DNA of 64,000 nucleotides from Tepidimonas sp. (GTDB lineage Bacteria; Pseudomonadota; Gammaproteobacteria; Burkholderiales; Burkholderiaceae_C). The notes below the pieces were generated by a model. That model made no database searches and had not been told where the DNA came from. It saw nothing but the letters and a program-made list of their open reading frames with translations. Positions 29,937-38,613 of the stretch are shown one piece after another (position 1 is the stretch's first letter; each line of letters begins with the position of its first letter). Location of the stretch: contig NZ_JBKBQX010000001.1 in the NCBI RefSeq assembly GCF_046292505.1, forward strand, positions 190,909 to 254,908, read 5' to 3'. The position numbers were made by a program, and so were the translations under genes.

Positions 29937-31325
29937 ATGAATGCGTTGCCGATCGCGACGGTGGGCGCGGCGTTGCTCGCCTTTTTGTGGGTGGGTTTGC
30001 GGGCCCGTTCGGCGGACACCACCCTCGATGAATACCTGACCGCCCGCGGCTCGCAGTCCGCGACCACCCTGGGCCTGTCCTTTCTGGCCTCGGGGTTGGG
30101 GGCCTGGATCCTGTTCGTGCCGCCGGAAATCGGCGCCTTCGTCGGTCCGGTGGCGTTGGCGGGTTACGCCATCGGGGCGGCGCTGCCCTTTTTGGTGCTG
30201 GCGTGGTGCGGCCCGGCCATCCGGCGCCGAATGCCCGCCGGGCGCAGCCTGACCGAGTACGCGGGCGAGCGCTTCGGGGGGGCGGTCCGCCGCTGGGTGC
30301 TGCTGCTGTCGCTGCTGTACATGCTGTGCTTTCTGACCGCGGAGCTGACCGCCATCGGCGGCATCGTGGCGCTGCTGACGGGCCAGGATGGGCGCTGGGC
30401 GGTGTTGGCCGTCGCAGCCGTCACGCTGATCTACACCGCCTGGGGCGGGCTGCGCGCCAGTCTGGCCACCGATCGCTGGCAGGCGTGGTTGCTGCTGGCG
30501 CTGCTGGCCTGGGTGGGTGCGGTGGTCGCCCATGCCCCGACGCCCCCCGCGGCTGCGCCATCGGCGCCGGCCGCCGCACCCCTGCCCGTGGGCCTGTCCG
30601 TGGCACTCACGCTGATCATCGCCGTCACCGCGGCCAACCTGTTCCACCAAGGCTACTGGCAGCGCATCTGGGCGGCCCACAGCGAGCGCGCGCTGCACCG
30701 GGGGGCCTGGCTGGGTGCCGTGACGACCGCCGCCGCCATCGCGCTGGTGGGGGGGTTGGGGATGCTGGCGGCCCAGCAAGGCCTGCCGTTGGGGACGCCA
30801 CCGGTGCCGTTTTTTGCGCTGGTGCAGCAGGCGCCGGGCTGGGTCGTCGCACCGGTGCTGGTGCTGGCGGTGGCCCTGGTCGCGTCGTCGGTGGATACGC
30901 TGCAAAGCGGCATCGCCGCCCTGCTGGTGACGCAGCGCGCCGGCGCGACCCTTGCGGGCGCGCGCTGGGCCACCGTGCTGCTGATGGTGCCGGTGATCGC
31001 CGTGGCGTGGCAGGGCCTGTCGGTGCTGCGGCTGTTCCTGGTGGCCGACCTGCTGTGCGCCACCGCCGCGGTGCCGCTGCTGCTCGGACTGTGGCGGCGC
31101 ACGCCGCGCCACGCGGCGCTGGTGGGCATGGCCGCCGGGCTGGTCGGCGCGGTGCTGCCGGACGCCTGGGCCGCGGGCAGCCTGTGGCAGGGCTTGGTCG
31201 CCGCCACCTTCCCCGCCAACGTGCCGACGCTGGCGCCGTTCGCCGGCGCGCTGATCGCCTCCACCGCGGCGACGCTCACGCTGGCGTGGCTGGCGCCGGT
31301 GCGCGCGGCCGACGCCGCACGCTGA
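29937..31325 (+). CDS. sodium:solute symporter (SSS) family transporter, candidate thiamine-precursor importer
   Basis: 462 aa and polytopic, with an SSS-like N-terminus (...[13 protein letters not shown]...[14 protein letters not shown]). The functional guess rests only on the upstream TPP riboswitch. Confidence 0.8.
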   Translation: MNALPIATVGAALLAFLWVGLRARSADTTLDEYLTARGSQSATTLGLSFLASGLGAWILFVPPEIGAFVGPVALAGYAIGAALPFLVLAWCGPAIRRRMPAGRSLTEYAGERFGGAVRRWVLLLSLLYMLCFLTAELTAIGGIVALLTGQDGRWAVLAVAAVTLIYTAWGGLRASLATDRWQAWLLLALLAWVGAVVAHAPTPPAAAPSAPAAAPLPVGLSVALTLIIAVTAANLFHQGYWQRIWAAHSERALHRGAWLGAVTTAAAIALVGGLGMLAAQQGLPLGTPPVPFFALVQQAPGWVVAPVLVLAVALVASSVDTLQSGIAALLVTQRAGATLAGARWATVLLMVPVIAVAWQGLSVLRLFLVADLLCATAAVPLLLGLWRRTPRHAALVGMAAGLVGAVLPDAWAAGSLWQGLVAATFPANVPTLAPFAGALIASTAATLTLAWLAPVRAADAAR

Positions 31326-31418
31326 CGCGACCCCGCAGCCTCCCCGCGAGCGCGCTCGCCAGACCGCCCGGACGGGGGGATGGCCGGCGGTCGGTTGCCG
31401 GCCGCGGCGGTCCGCGCC

Positions 31419-32522
31419 TCAGGCGCGCGCGTCGCCCCAGCGCAGCGGGCAACGGTCGTCGCCGACGTAGGTGGCGCGGCCGTGGCGGTCCACGCAGTAG
31501 CTCGGCGAGACGATCATGTCCTGGAACAGCATGCCGGCGCCGATGCGCGTGTACTCGAACAGCACGCTGCGCTCCACCCGCGAGCCGGCGCGCAGGTGAC
31601 TGCCGTGGCCGATCCACGCCGGCCCGACGACGGAGCTGCCCTCCTCCAGCCGCACGCTGGAGCCCAGGTACACCGGCCCGGTGATTTGCACGCGGTCGAA
31701 GTCGACGCGCGTGTTGAGCCCGACCCACACGCCCGGGCGCACCTCGGTGCCCGGCATACGCAGGTCGGCGATCTCGCCGCTGAGCACGCGCTGCAGCACC
31801 GACCAGTAATCGCTGACGCGGCCGATGTCGATCCAGTGGAACGGCCGGCTCTGCGCATAGAAGGGCAGGCCGCGCTCGACCAGCAGCGGAAAGAGCTCCG
31901 AACCGATATCGAACACCCGCCCGGACGGCACCAGATCCAGCACCGCCGGCTCGAAGATGTAGATGCCGGTGCTGGCCAGATTCGAGCGCGCTTCCTCGGG
32001 CCGGGGCTTTTCCTGGAACGAGACCACGCGCCCGTCCTCGCCGGCCACCACGATGCCGTAGTTGCCCACCTGCTCGCGCGGCACCGGCAGCGTCACCACG
32101 CTGGCCAGCGCTCCCTTGGCGCGGTGCTCCGCCAGCGCCGCGCCGATGTCCAGGTCGACCAGCGCATCGCCACACAGCACGATCGTGGTCTCGTCGAAGA
32201 AGCCGCTCATGTCCTGGATGCGCTTCATCCCACCCGCGGAGCCCAGCGGCCGCGGCAGGATGTCGCCATGCTCGTAGACGCCTTCGTACGAGTAGCCGAT
32301 CTCCACGCCCCAGCGGCGCCCGTCGCGGAAGTACTGTTCGATCTTGTGGTGGTTCCAGGCCACGTTGACCATGATGTGGCGCACGCCGTGCGCGGCCAGC
32401 CGCTCCACCAGGTACTCCATCACCGGCTTGTCCAGGATGGGGATCATCGGCTTGGGCAGGTCTTTGGTGAGCGGACGCACGCGGGTGCCCTGTCCCGCGG
32501 CGAGGATCATGCCTTTGGCCAT
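31419..32522 (-). CDS. sugar-phosphate nucleotidyltransferase (NDP-sugar pyrophosphorylase with a C-terminal left-handed beta-helix)
   Basis: N-terminal MILAAGQGTRVRPLTKDLPKPMIPI signature and hexapeptide-repeat-like C-terminal third. Confidence 0.85.
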   Translation of the reverse strand: MAKGMILAAGQGTRVRPLTKDLPKPMIPILDKPVMEYLVERLAAHGVRHIMVNVAWNHHKIEQYFRDGRRWGVEIGYSYEGVYEHGDILPRPLGSAGGMKRIQDMSGFFDETTIVLCGDALVDLDIGAALAEHRAKGALASVVTLPVPREQVGNYGIVVAGEDGRVVSFQEKPRPEEARSNLASTGIYIFEPAVLDLVPSGRVFDIGSELFPLLVERGLPFYAQSRPFHWIDIGRVSDYWSVLQRVLSGEIADLRMPGTEVRPGVWVGLNTRVDFDRVQITGPVYLGSSVRLEEGSSVVGPAWIGHGSHLRAGSRVERSVLFEYTRIGAGMLFQDMIVSPSYCVDRHGRATYVGDDRCPLRWGDARA

Positions 32523-32546
32523 GTCAGTCAGATTGGGGTCGATGAT

Positions 32547-33042
32547 TCAACGGGGAGGGACCGGCGCGCCGATCGGCCCGGCATGGTCGCGTCCTCCCTG
32601 GCGGGATTGTGCCATTCCGCCGGACGCACCCTCGACATCAGGCAACACCGATGCCCCCCGCGCCTGCCGATGCGCGGCCTTGGTTCCGTACATGCGCGCA
32701 TCGGCCACCTGCAGCAGCCGCGCCCCATCGTAGCCGTCCTGCGGATACTGCGCCACGCCGACACTGGCCCCAAGGGGCACGTCCACGTTGGGCTCCACTA
32801 CCGTCCGCTGCAACTCGGTACTCAGCCGCTGGCGCAACCTGAACCCCTCGTGCAGCAGGCGCTGCCGCTGCCACGCAGCCATCAGACCGATGACATTGGC
32901 ACTGGCAAAAAAGAACACATGCGCCAACAGAGCCGCCCAGTCCCCCGGCTGGGTCATGCGCTGGACCTCGATCGCGATGAACAGATAAACGCCCAAGAAC
33001 CCAAAGCCGATCACGCCCAGGATCCACGGAGACAAGTACATA
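32547..33042 (-). pseudogene. 3' fragment of an IS-disrupted membrane GGDEF (diguanylate cyclase-like) gene
   Basis: Continues in frame from the 5' fragment (34675..35063) once the IS and one TSD copy are removed. It retains only the last GGDEF segment (LGASVGVAQYPQDGYDGARLLQVADARMYGTKAA). The first 7 codons of track ORF 32547..33062 are IS-derived. Confidence 0.75.
33037..33042. repeat. target-site duplication TACATA (left copy)
   Basis: An identical hexamer directly abuts both IS ends (33037-33042 and 34675-34680). Confidence 0.7.
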
Positions 33043-33061
33043 GTCGCCCCTGAAATATTCA
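33043..33061. repeat. IS left inverted repeat GTCGCCCCTGAAATATTCA
   Basis: The reverse complement of 34656-34674 is GTCGTCCCTGAAATATTCA, which matches this repeat at 18 of 19 positions. Confidence 0.85.
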
Positions 33062-33155
33062 TAACCTCATGATTTTCCGTGTGTTATTGCCTGTTTGCGG
33101 GTACAATAACCCCCAGATTTGATTGTCTGATGCGCCGTTTTCTTGGAGTTTTTCG

Positions 33156-34652
33156 ATGTTTGCCTGCCCCGCCACTGAGGACTTCTTCCGCGCCCGGCTC
33201 GATCAGATGATCGACCTGCGCCATCCGCTGGCGGTTTTGGCCTCGCGCATGCCGTGGCAGGAGTTGGAAGCAAGGCTTGCGCACCTGTTCATGCGCAAAG
33301 CGCGCGCAGGTGTCGCAATGCCCGATCTGGACCTCTTTGGCGAAGCGCCGGTGCGTGCAGCTCGGGTGTCCAATGTCGGGCGTCCCCGCGTGCCGCTGCG
33401 CGTGATGATCGCGCTGCTGTACCTGAAGCACGCCTTCAACGAGTCGGACGAAGGGGTGGTGGAGCGCTGGGGCGAAACCCCCACATGGCAGTTTTTCTCG
33501 GGGCGGGCGTACTTTGAACATCGCCGGCCGTGCGACGCCACGACGCTGGTGAAGTTTCGCCGGCTGCTGGGCGAGGAAGGGGTGGAGGAGCTGCTTGCGC
33601 AGACCATCAACGTGGCGGTGGAAGCCGGACTCATCAAGCCGCAGGACTTGAAGCGCGTGGTGGTGGACACCACCGTGCAGCCCAAGGCGATAGCGCACCC
33701 GACCGACAGCCGGCTGCTGGAGACGGCGCGCACCAAGCTCGTGCAGGCGGCCAAGGCAGCCGGCATTGCGCTGAAGCAGACCTTTGCCAAGGAAGGCAAG
33801 GACCTGAGCCGCAAGGCCGGCCGCTACGCCCATGCGCGGCAGTTTGCACGTATGCGCCGCGCCATCAAGCGTCAGCGCACGATCGTCGCCAGACTGCAGC
33901 GGGAGATCGAGCGCAAGGCCGCCCGCCTGGGGCAGGCCATCCAGAGCGCACTTTGCGACACTCTCAACAAGGCGGCGCGTCTGGTGGCACAAACCGCCAA
34001 CCGAAAGACCACCGAGCAGGAACGCAAGCTCTACGCCTGGCATGCCCCGGAGGTGGAGTGCATCCACAAGGGCAAGGCCCGCCAACCGTATGAGTTCGGG
34101 GTCAAGGTCGGCATCGCCAGCACCTTGAAGCACAGCCTCATCGTCGGCGCGCGGGCCTTTCACGGCAACCCCTACGACGGGCATACGCTGCCAGCGCAGC
34201 TGCAGCAGGCCACGATCCTGATGCAGGACACGGGCGTCAAGCCCTCTGCCGCCTATGCCGATCTGGGCTACCGTGGCGTGCAGGCCGACATCCCCGGGGT
34301 GCGCCTGGTGCACCGCGGCAAGATCAAGCGCCTCACCCAGCAGGAACGCAAGCTGCTCAAACGCCGCCAAGCCATCGAGCCCATCATCGGGCATCTCAAA
34401 GCGGATCACCGCATGGACCGCTGTCATCTCAAAGGCGAGCAAGGTGACCGGCTGCACGCGGTGCTGTGTGCGGCCGGCTACAACATCCGATGGCTGCTGC
34501 GCATGATCGCCAAGAAGGGTGTGCCCTTCTTGACGGAAGCTTCTTTGCGCCTCATCACGGCCGTGCAGCTGCTCGGCCGGTGGCTTGCCCAGCCGCGAAC
34601 AAACGAGACCGGCGGCGCCAACCCGGCCTCGCTGCGGCCGCAGGTGGCTTGA
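33156..34652 (+). CDS. IS5/IS1182-family DDE transposase
   Basis: InsH-type N-terminal domain (FFRARLDQMIDLRHPLAVLASRMPW). DDE_Tnp_1 hallmarks (VVVDTTVQPKAIAHPTDSRLL, AYADLGYRG, IEPIIGHLKADHRMDRCHLKG). The ATG at 33156 is preferred over the TTG at 33123. Confidence 0.9.
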   Translation: MFACPATEDFFRARLDQMIDLRHPLAVLASRMPWQELEARLAHLFMRKARAGVAMPDLDLFGEAPVRAARVSNVGRPRVPLRVMIALLYLKHAFNESDEGVVERWGETPTWQFFSGRAYFEHRRPCDATTLVKFRRLLGEEGVEELLAQTINVAVEAGLIKPQDLKRVVVDTTVQPKAIAHPTDSRLLETARTKLVQAAKAAGIALKQTFAKEGKDLSRKAGRYAHARQFARMRRAIKRQRTIVARLQREIERKAARLGQAIQSALCDTLNKAARLVAQTANRKTTEQERKLYAWHAPEVECIHKGKARQPYEFGVKVGIASTLKHSLIVGARAFHGNPYDGHTLPAQLQQATILMQDTGVKPSAAYADLGYRGVQADIPGVRLVHRGKIKRLTQQERKLLKRRQAIEPIIGHLKADHRMDRCHLKGEQGDRLHAVLCAAGYNIRWLLRMIAKKGVPFLTEASLRLITAVQLLGRWLAQPRTNETGGANPASLRPQVA

Positions 34653-34655
34653 AAG

Positions 34656-34674
34656 TGAATATTTCAGGGACGAC
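34656..34674. repeat. IS right inverted repeat TGAATATTTCAGGGACGAC
   Basis: Pairs with 33043-33061. The transposase stop codon ends 3 nt upstream. Confidence 0.85.
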
Positions 34675-34680
34675 TACATA
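34675..34680. repeat. target-site duplication TACATA (right copy)
   Basis: See the left copy at 33037-33042. Confidence 0.7.
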
Positions 34681-35063
34681 AACGTGTACAACGCCATGAC
34701 GACCAGGATCAAGCCGGTGTAGTACAGCCAGCGCGCCAGATCCCCCGGACCGGCGAGCACGACCATGGCCTCGATGCCCGCCCCCACGACTGCGAAACTG
34801 CTCAGCATCGCCACCGCGTAATGGCGCACAAAAGTGGGCCGATAGGTGTACGCCAACAGACACAGCAGCCAGGCCACGACGCCGGCACGCAAAACCCAGA
34901 CCTTGTACACGGCCGTGGGGATGGCCCACCAGTCCAGGATCGCGAAAAGTGCGTACAAGACGGCCGCAAGCACCGCGAACTCGCGTGCGCTGCGGATGCG
35001 TGCCGGCGCCAGCTCCCGTTCGTAAGCGGACTGCTCTGCAGGCGACATGGCTTTGGGGGTCAT
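34675..35063 (-). pseudogene. 5' fragment of the IS-disrupted membrane GGDEF gene (membrane sensor module)
   Basis: 129-codon ORF made of TM helices. It ends ...ALYTFM, followed by a TAG formed from the TSD plus the first IS base. Confidence 0.75.
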
Positions 35064-35097
35064 GAAAAATATGGTACGTCAGCGCTCTGCCCGATGC

Positions 35098-35613
35098 TTA
35101 CCCCGGCGCAGCGCGGGGACGGACCCGTTGCCCATCGCGCACCAGTTGTCCCGGATACAACACCACGGTGTCGCCGGCACGCACGCCGTCCGTGATCCAG
35201 GCCACGTCGGCGTTGCGATCGCGCAACGCCACTCGGCGCGCGACGGCGCGCCCGCCTTCCACGACCAGCACCTGCCAGCCCGCGCCGTCGCGCACCAGCG
35301 CGCCGGTGGGGACCAGCGTGGCCCGCTCCTGCGCCGAGACGACGATGCGCGCCTCGACCCGGTAACCATCGCCGAGCGTCGCGTCGGTGAGCGGCCCGTC
35401 CAGGGCCAGGACGACCGGCACACGCTGTTCCATCGGCCGCAGCCGGCCGTCCTCCTGCACCGTCTGTTCGAAGCGACCTTCGCGTACGGTGGCCACGTCG
35501 ACCATCAGTGGGCACGGCTGTAGCACCCAAGCCCCCAGCGCAGCCACCCCCAGCACCCCGGCCGCGATGGCTGCGCGTCGCCCCTACGGCGACCGTGTCG
35601 GTGTGTCGTTCAT
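35098..35613 (-). pseudogene. HlyD/MacA-type periplasmic adaptor remnant (premature stop, missing hairpin/lipoyl region)
   Basis: The ATG at 35613 overlaps the upstream stop (ATGA). The reading MNDTPTRSP is followed by an in-frame TAG (35584-35586). The frame then continues GRRAAIAAGVLGVAALGAW... into a beta-barrel/MP-domain-like tail (GDGYRVEARIV..., LVPTGALV..., GVRAGDTVVL). At about 170 codons it is far shorter than a normal adaptor. Confidence 0.6.
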
Positions 35614-35985
35614 TCCCTCACCGTCAAAACCGCGACCAGATCCAGCCGGTCGATGGGGCGTCGCACCAGCCAGGCGCTGACCACACCCGAGGCGAGCACC
35701 ACCAGCGCCGCCCCGGCATACGTCGCCGGGTCGATGACGTTCGCCCTGCGCCAGATCGGCGTGCAGCACGGCGTGGGTGACACCGTCGCCGTTGCGCGCC
35801 AGCAAGGGCCAGGTCGTGGGCCTGCCGGGTGTGGAACCAGGTGGCTAGGCCCGCGGTGGGGGTATCCAGCCCACCCAGGATGTTGAGCAGTGTCGATTTG
35901 CGCTGTCCGAGGCCCCCAGCAGCACGACGAAAACCGCCGCCGGATCGACGTCAGAACGGAGAGCGGGAAATGCGGGCGACTGCAT
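35610..35985 (-). pseudogene. MacB-type ABC transporter (fused ATPase-FtsX permease) remnant
   Basis: From the ATG at 35985: MQSPAFPALRSDVDPAAVFVVLLGAS, then a P-loop broken by a 1-nt deletion (frame-shifted ..KSTLLNILGGLDTPTAG). An H-loop-like GVTHAVLHADLA follows in another frame. The fragment ends in an FtsX C-terminus (IDPATYAGAALVVLASGVVSAWLVRRPIDRLDLVAVLTVRE). About 0.38 kb remains where about 2 kb is expected. Confidence 0.55.
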
Positions 35986-36075
35986 GGGAGATTGGCATCA
36001 TCGCACGCTGCCCGGGGTGCACGCGGAACGGCTGTCGTTTCACCGCGTGGGCATTTGACGATCGTCAAATGGGGG

Positions 36076-36152
36076 TGGGGTGGCTGATGGGACTCGAACC
36101 CACGACAACCAGAATCACAATCTGGGACTCTACCAACTGAGCTACAGCCACC
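36076..36152 (-). tRNA. tRNA-His (anticodon GTG)
   Basis: The reverse complement GGTGGCTGTAGCTCAGTTGGTAGAGTCCCAGATTGTGATTCTGGTTGTCGTGGGTTCGAGTCCCATCAGCCACCCCA is nearly identical to E. coli tRNA-His. G-1 and CCA are encoded. Confidence 0.95.
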
Positions 36153-36204
36153 GCAGAAGCTGACATTATATCGCCGTTTTGGAGGGGTTTCCCCCTCGTG
36201 CCCC

Positions 36205-38112
36205 TCACTTGACGAGGATCTCGGCCTTGTAGCGCTGACGCAAGGCCCCCAGGTAGGCCTGGGCCTCGCCCTCGCCCCACAGCCGGGCGAGTTCTTGTCG
36301 TTCGTTGAGCAGACGCACCGCATCGGGGGCCTCGCGCGACGGTCCGCGCCGCACGCGCAACACGGCCGCACCGTCGGCACCCAGATCGACCATCACCCAC
36401 GCGGGGGCGTCGCCCTCCAGCCGGGCGCTCATGGCCGCGCGCACGGCCGCCGGCGGCAGGCCCTGGGCGTCTTGGCGCGACACCAGCACCGGCGTGCGCA
36501 AGGCCGATGCGGCCGGGGGCTGGGTGGACCATTGGGTCTGGGCGGCGCGGGCAGCCTCCACCGCCGCCGCGCGGGCGCGCTGCTGAACCAGCCGTTGGCG
36601 CACCTCCGAGGCCACGGCCTCGAACGGCCGGCGCTCCGACGGCCGGTGCGCCAACACCCGCACGGACAGCAATCGGTTGCCGCCCAGTTCGATCGCCGCA
36701 CTGTTGCGCTTTTGGCTCAGGGCCTCTTCGTTGAAGACGGCGCGCAACAGCGCGGGCTCGCGCAGCAGCGCATCGGCCGCGGCCGCGGCCCCGACCGGAC
36801 CGGTGCGCTCGACCGTCGCGCGGTGCACCGTGAGTCCCAAGGCCTGGGCGGCTGGTGCCAGGGTATCGGACTGCTCGTACACCAGATTGCTGAAGCGCTC
36901 CGCGTCCTCGGCAAACCGCCGCTGCGCGAGCTGGCGGCGCACCTCGGTCTCGATGCGGGGGCGGGCCTTGTCGAACGGCTCGGCCTCGGGCTGGCGCACG
37001 TCGGTGAGCTGGATGATGTGCAGGCCGAACTCGCTCTCCACGATGTCGGAGATCTGCCCCTTTTGCAGCGCAAAGACCGCATCCTCGAACGGCTTGACCA
37101 TCGCACCCCGGCCAAACCAATCCAGATCGCCACCCTTCGCAGCCGAACCCGGGTCTTGCGAGCGGGTGCGGGCCAGCTCGGCAAACCGCTTGGGATCGCG
37201 GCGCACCTCGGCCAGGAGCTGCTCGGCCTCGCCACGCACGCGGGCCTTTTCGTCGGCAGAGGCGTCGGCGGGCAGCAACAGCAGGATGTGGGACGCGCGG
37301 CGCTGCTCCGCGCGCGAGGTGTCCGCCACGTTTTGCCGGTAGTAGTCGCGCAGTTCGGCTTCGCTGGGGGTGATGCGCGCGGCGACGGCCTGGGGGTCCA
37401 GAACCACGTATTCGATGTCCGCCTGCTCGGGTGTGCGGAATTCCTCCGCATGCTCGTCGTAAAACGCCTTGAGGTCGGCGTCCGACACGGAAATCGCCGC
37501 CGCATGATCCGCCGGTCGGAAGAACGCCGGCGCGACTTCGCGTCGCTCGAAAAACGCCTGCGCCGCCCATTCGGCCGAGGCCTTGGGCATGAATGCGCTG
37601 TCCGCCACCGCCTGGGTCACCGCACGACGCGCGAGGTCGGCACGCACGCCGGCCTCGAACTGCTCGGCCGTCATGCCCTGCGCGCGCAGCAGGTCCTGGT
37701 AGCGCTGCACATCCAGGGTGCCATCGGGCTTGCGCAGCGATGCGATGGTCGGGTCGCGCAGCAGCTCGGCCGCCAGCCGGCGATCGGTCGCCATCAGCCG
37801 CATGTCCTGCGCGGCACGCGCCAGCACCCGCTCGGTGACCAGGCGCTCCAGGGTCGCGCGCCGGCTGTCCTCACTCTCCAGCAGGGCGCGGTCCACCCCG
37901 GGCATCGACGCCGCCAGGCGCTCGACCTCGCGCCGATGGGCGGCGTCCCATTCGGTGCGGGTGATGCGTTCGCCGCCCACCCGGGCCACGGGCTCAGACT
38001 GGTCGCGAAACCGGGTGTAGCCCTCGATGCCGAAGAAGACGAACGAGGGGATGATCAACAACATGAGCAGGGCCATGAGCACCTTCATGTTGTTGCGAAA
38101 GACGTCGAACAT
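36205..38112 (-). CDS. ppiD: periplasmic chaperone / peptidyl-prolyl isomerase PpiD
   Basis: 635 aa with an N-terminal TM anchor (MFDVFRNNMKVLMALLMLLIIPSFVF), a SurA-N-like domain and a parvulin-like segment (ASHILL...FGLHIIQL). In the conserved hupB-ppiD neighbourhood. Confidence 0.9.
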   Translation of the reverse strand: MFDVFRNNMKVLMALLMLLIIPSFVFFGIEGYTRFRDQSEPVARVGGERITRTEWDAAHRREVERLAASMPGVDRALLESEDSRRATLERLVTERVLARAAQDMRLMATDRRLAAELLRDPTIASLRKPDGTLDVQRYQDLLRAQGMTAEQFEAGVRADLARRAVTQAVADSAFMPKASAEWAAQAFFERREVAPAFFRPADHAAAISVSDADLKAFYDEHAEEFRTPEQADIEYVVLDPQAVAARITPSEAELRDYYRQNVADTSRAEQRRASHILLLLPADASADEKARVRGEAEQLLAEVRRDPKRFAELARTRSQDPGSAAKGGDLDWFGRGAMVKPFEDAVFALQKGQISDIVESEFGLHIIQLTDVRQPEAEPFDKARPRIETEVRRQLAQRRFAEDAERFSNLVYEQSDTLAPAAQALGLTVHRATVERTGPVGAAAAADALLREPALLRAVFNEEALSQKRNSAAIELGGNRLLSVRVLAHRPSERRPFEAVASEVRQRLVQQRARAAAVEAARAAQTQWSTQPPAASALRTPVLVSRQDAQGLPPAAVRAAMSARLEGDAPAWVMVDLGADGAAVLRVRRGPSREAPDAVRLLNERQELARLWGEGEAQAYLGALRQRYKAEILVK

Positions 38113-38135
38113 GACCTGCGCGCTTCGGGAAGGGT

Positions 38136-38211
38136 TGGTGGGTGCTGACGGGATCGAACCGCCGACCTACGCCTTGTAAGGGCGCCGCTCTACCAGCTGA
38201 GCTAAGCACCC
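38136..38211 (-). tRNA. tRNA-Val (anticodon TAC)
   Basis: The reverse complement GGGTGCTTAGCTCAGCTGGTAGAGCGGCGCCCTTACAAGGCGTAGGTCGGCGGTTCGATCCCGTCAGCACCCACCA folds as a cloverleaf with anticodon loop CTTACAA. Confidence 0.95.
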
Positions 38212-38254
38212 GATCCGGTGACTGCCAGAAATACCTGTCCGGCAGCCGGAGCGG

Positions 38255-38530
38255 TCATCCGTTGACGGCGTCTTTGAGCGCCTTGCCCGGACGGAATTTC
38301 GGCATTTTAGCCGCAGCGATCTCGACCACCTCCCCCGTCTTGGGGTTGCGCCCCTTGCGGGCCGCACGCTCATCCACCTGGAAGGTGCCAAACCCCACCA
38401 GCGTGACGTCGCCGCCGCGGGCCAGCGTGTCCGAAACCGTGGCCAGGAAGGCGTCGAGCGCGCGCGCGGCCTCCTGCTTGGTCAACTCCGCGCGCTCCGC
38501 CATTTGATCGATCAGTTGTGCTTTGTTCAT
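38255..38530 (-). CDS. hupB: DNA-binding protein HU-beta
   Basis: Last 91 codons of ORF 38255..39445: [12 protein letters not shown]...[45 protein letters not shown]. Confidence 0.95.
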   Translation of the reverse strand: MNKAQLIDQMAERAELTKQEAARALDAFLATVSDTLARGGDVTLVGFGTFQVDERAARKGRNPKTGEVVEIAAAKMPKFRPGKALKDAVNG

Positions 38531-38613
38531 GTGCAAGACTCTCTCCATAGCCGGCGACGCGACCGCCCACCGGCGCGAAAAAGGGGCGTATTCTACCCAC
38601 GCCAACGCACGCC

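Larger units (their letters stand above)
33043..34674 (+). mobile_element. IS5/IS1182-type insertion sequence (IS4/IS5 DDE superfamily), apparently intact
   Basis: 1632 bp bounded by 19-bp imperfect inverted repeats (18/19 match) and a 6-bp direct repeat. It carries a single transposase ORF, is inserted in a coding sequence, and has locally lower GC at its ends. Confidence 0.9.
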
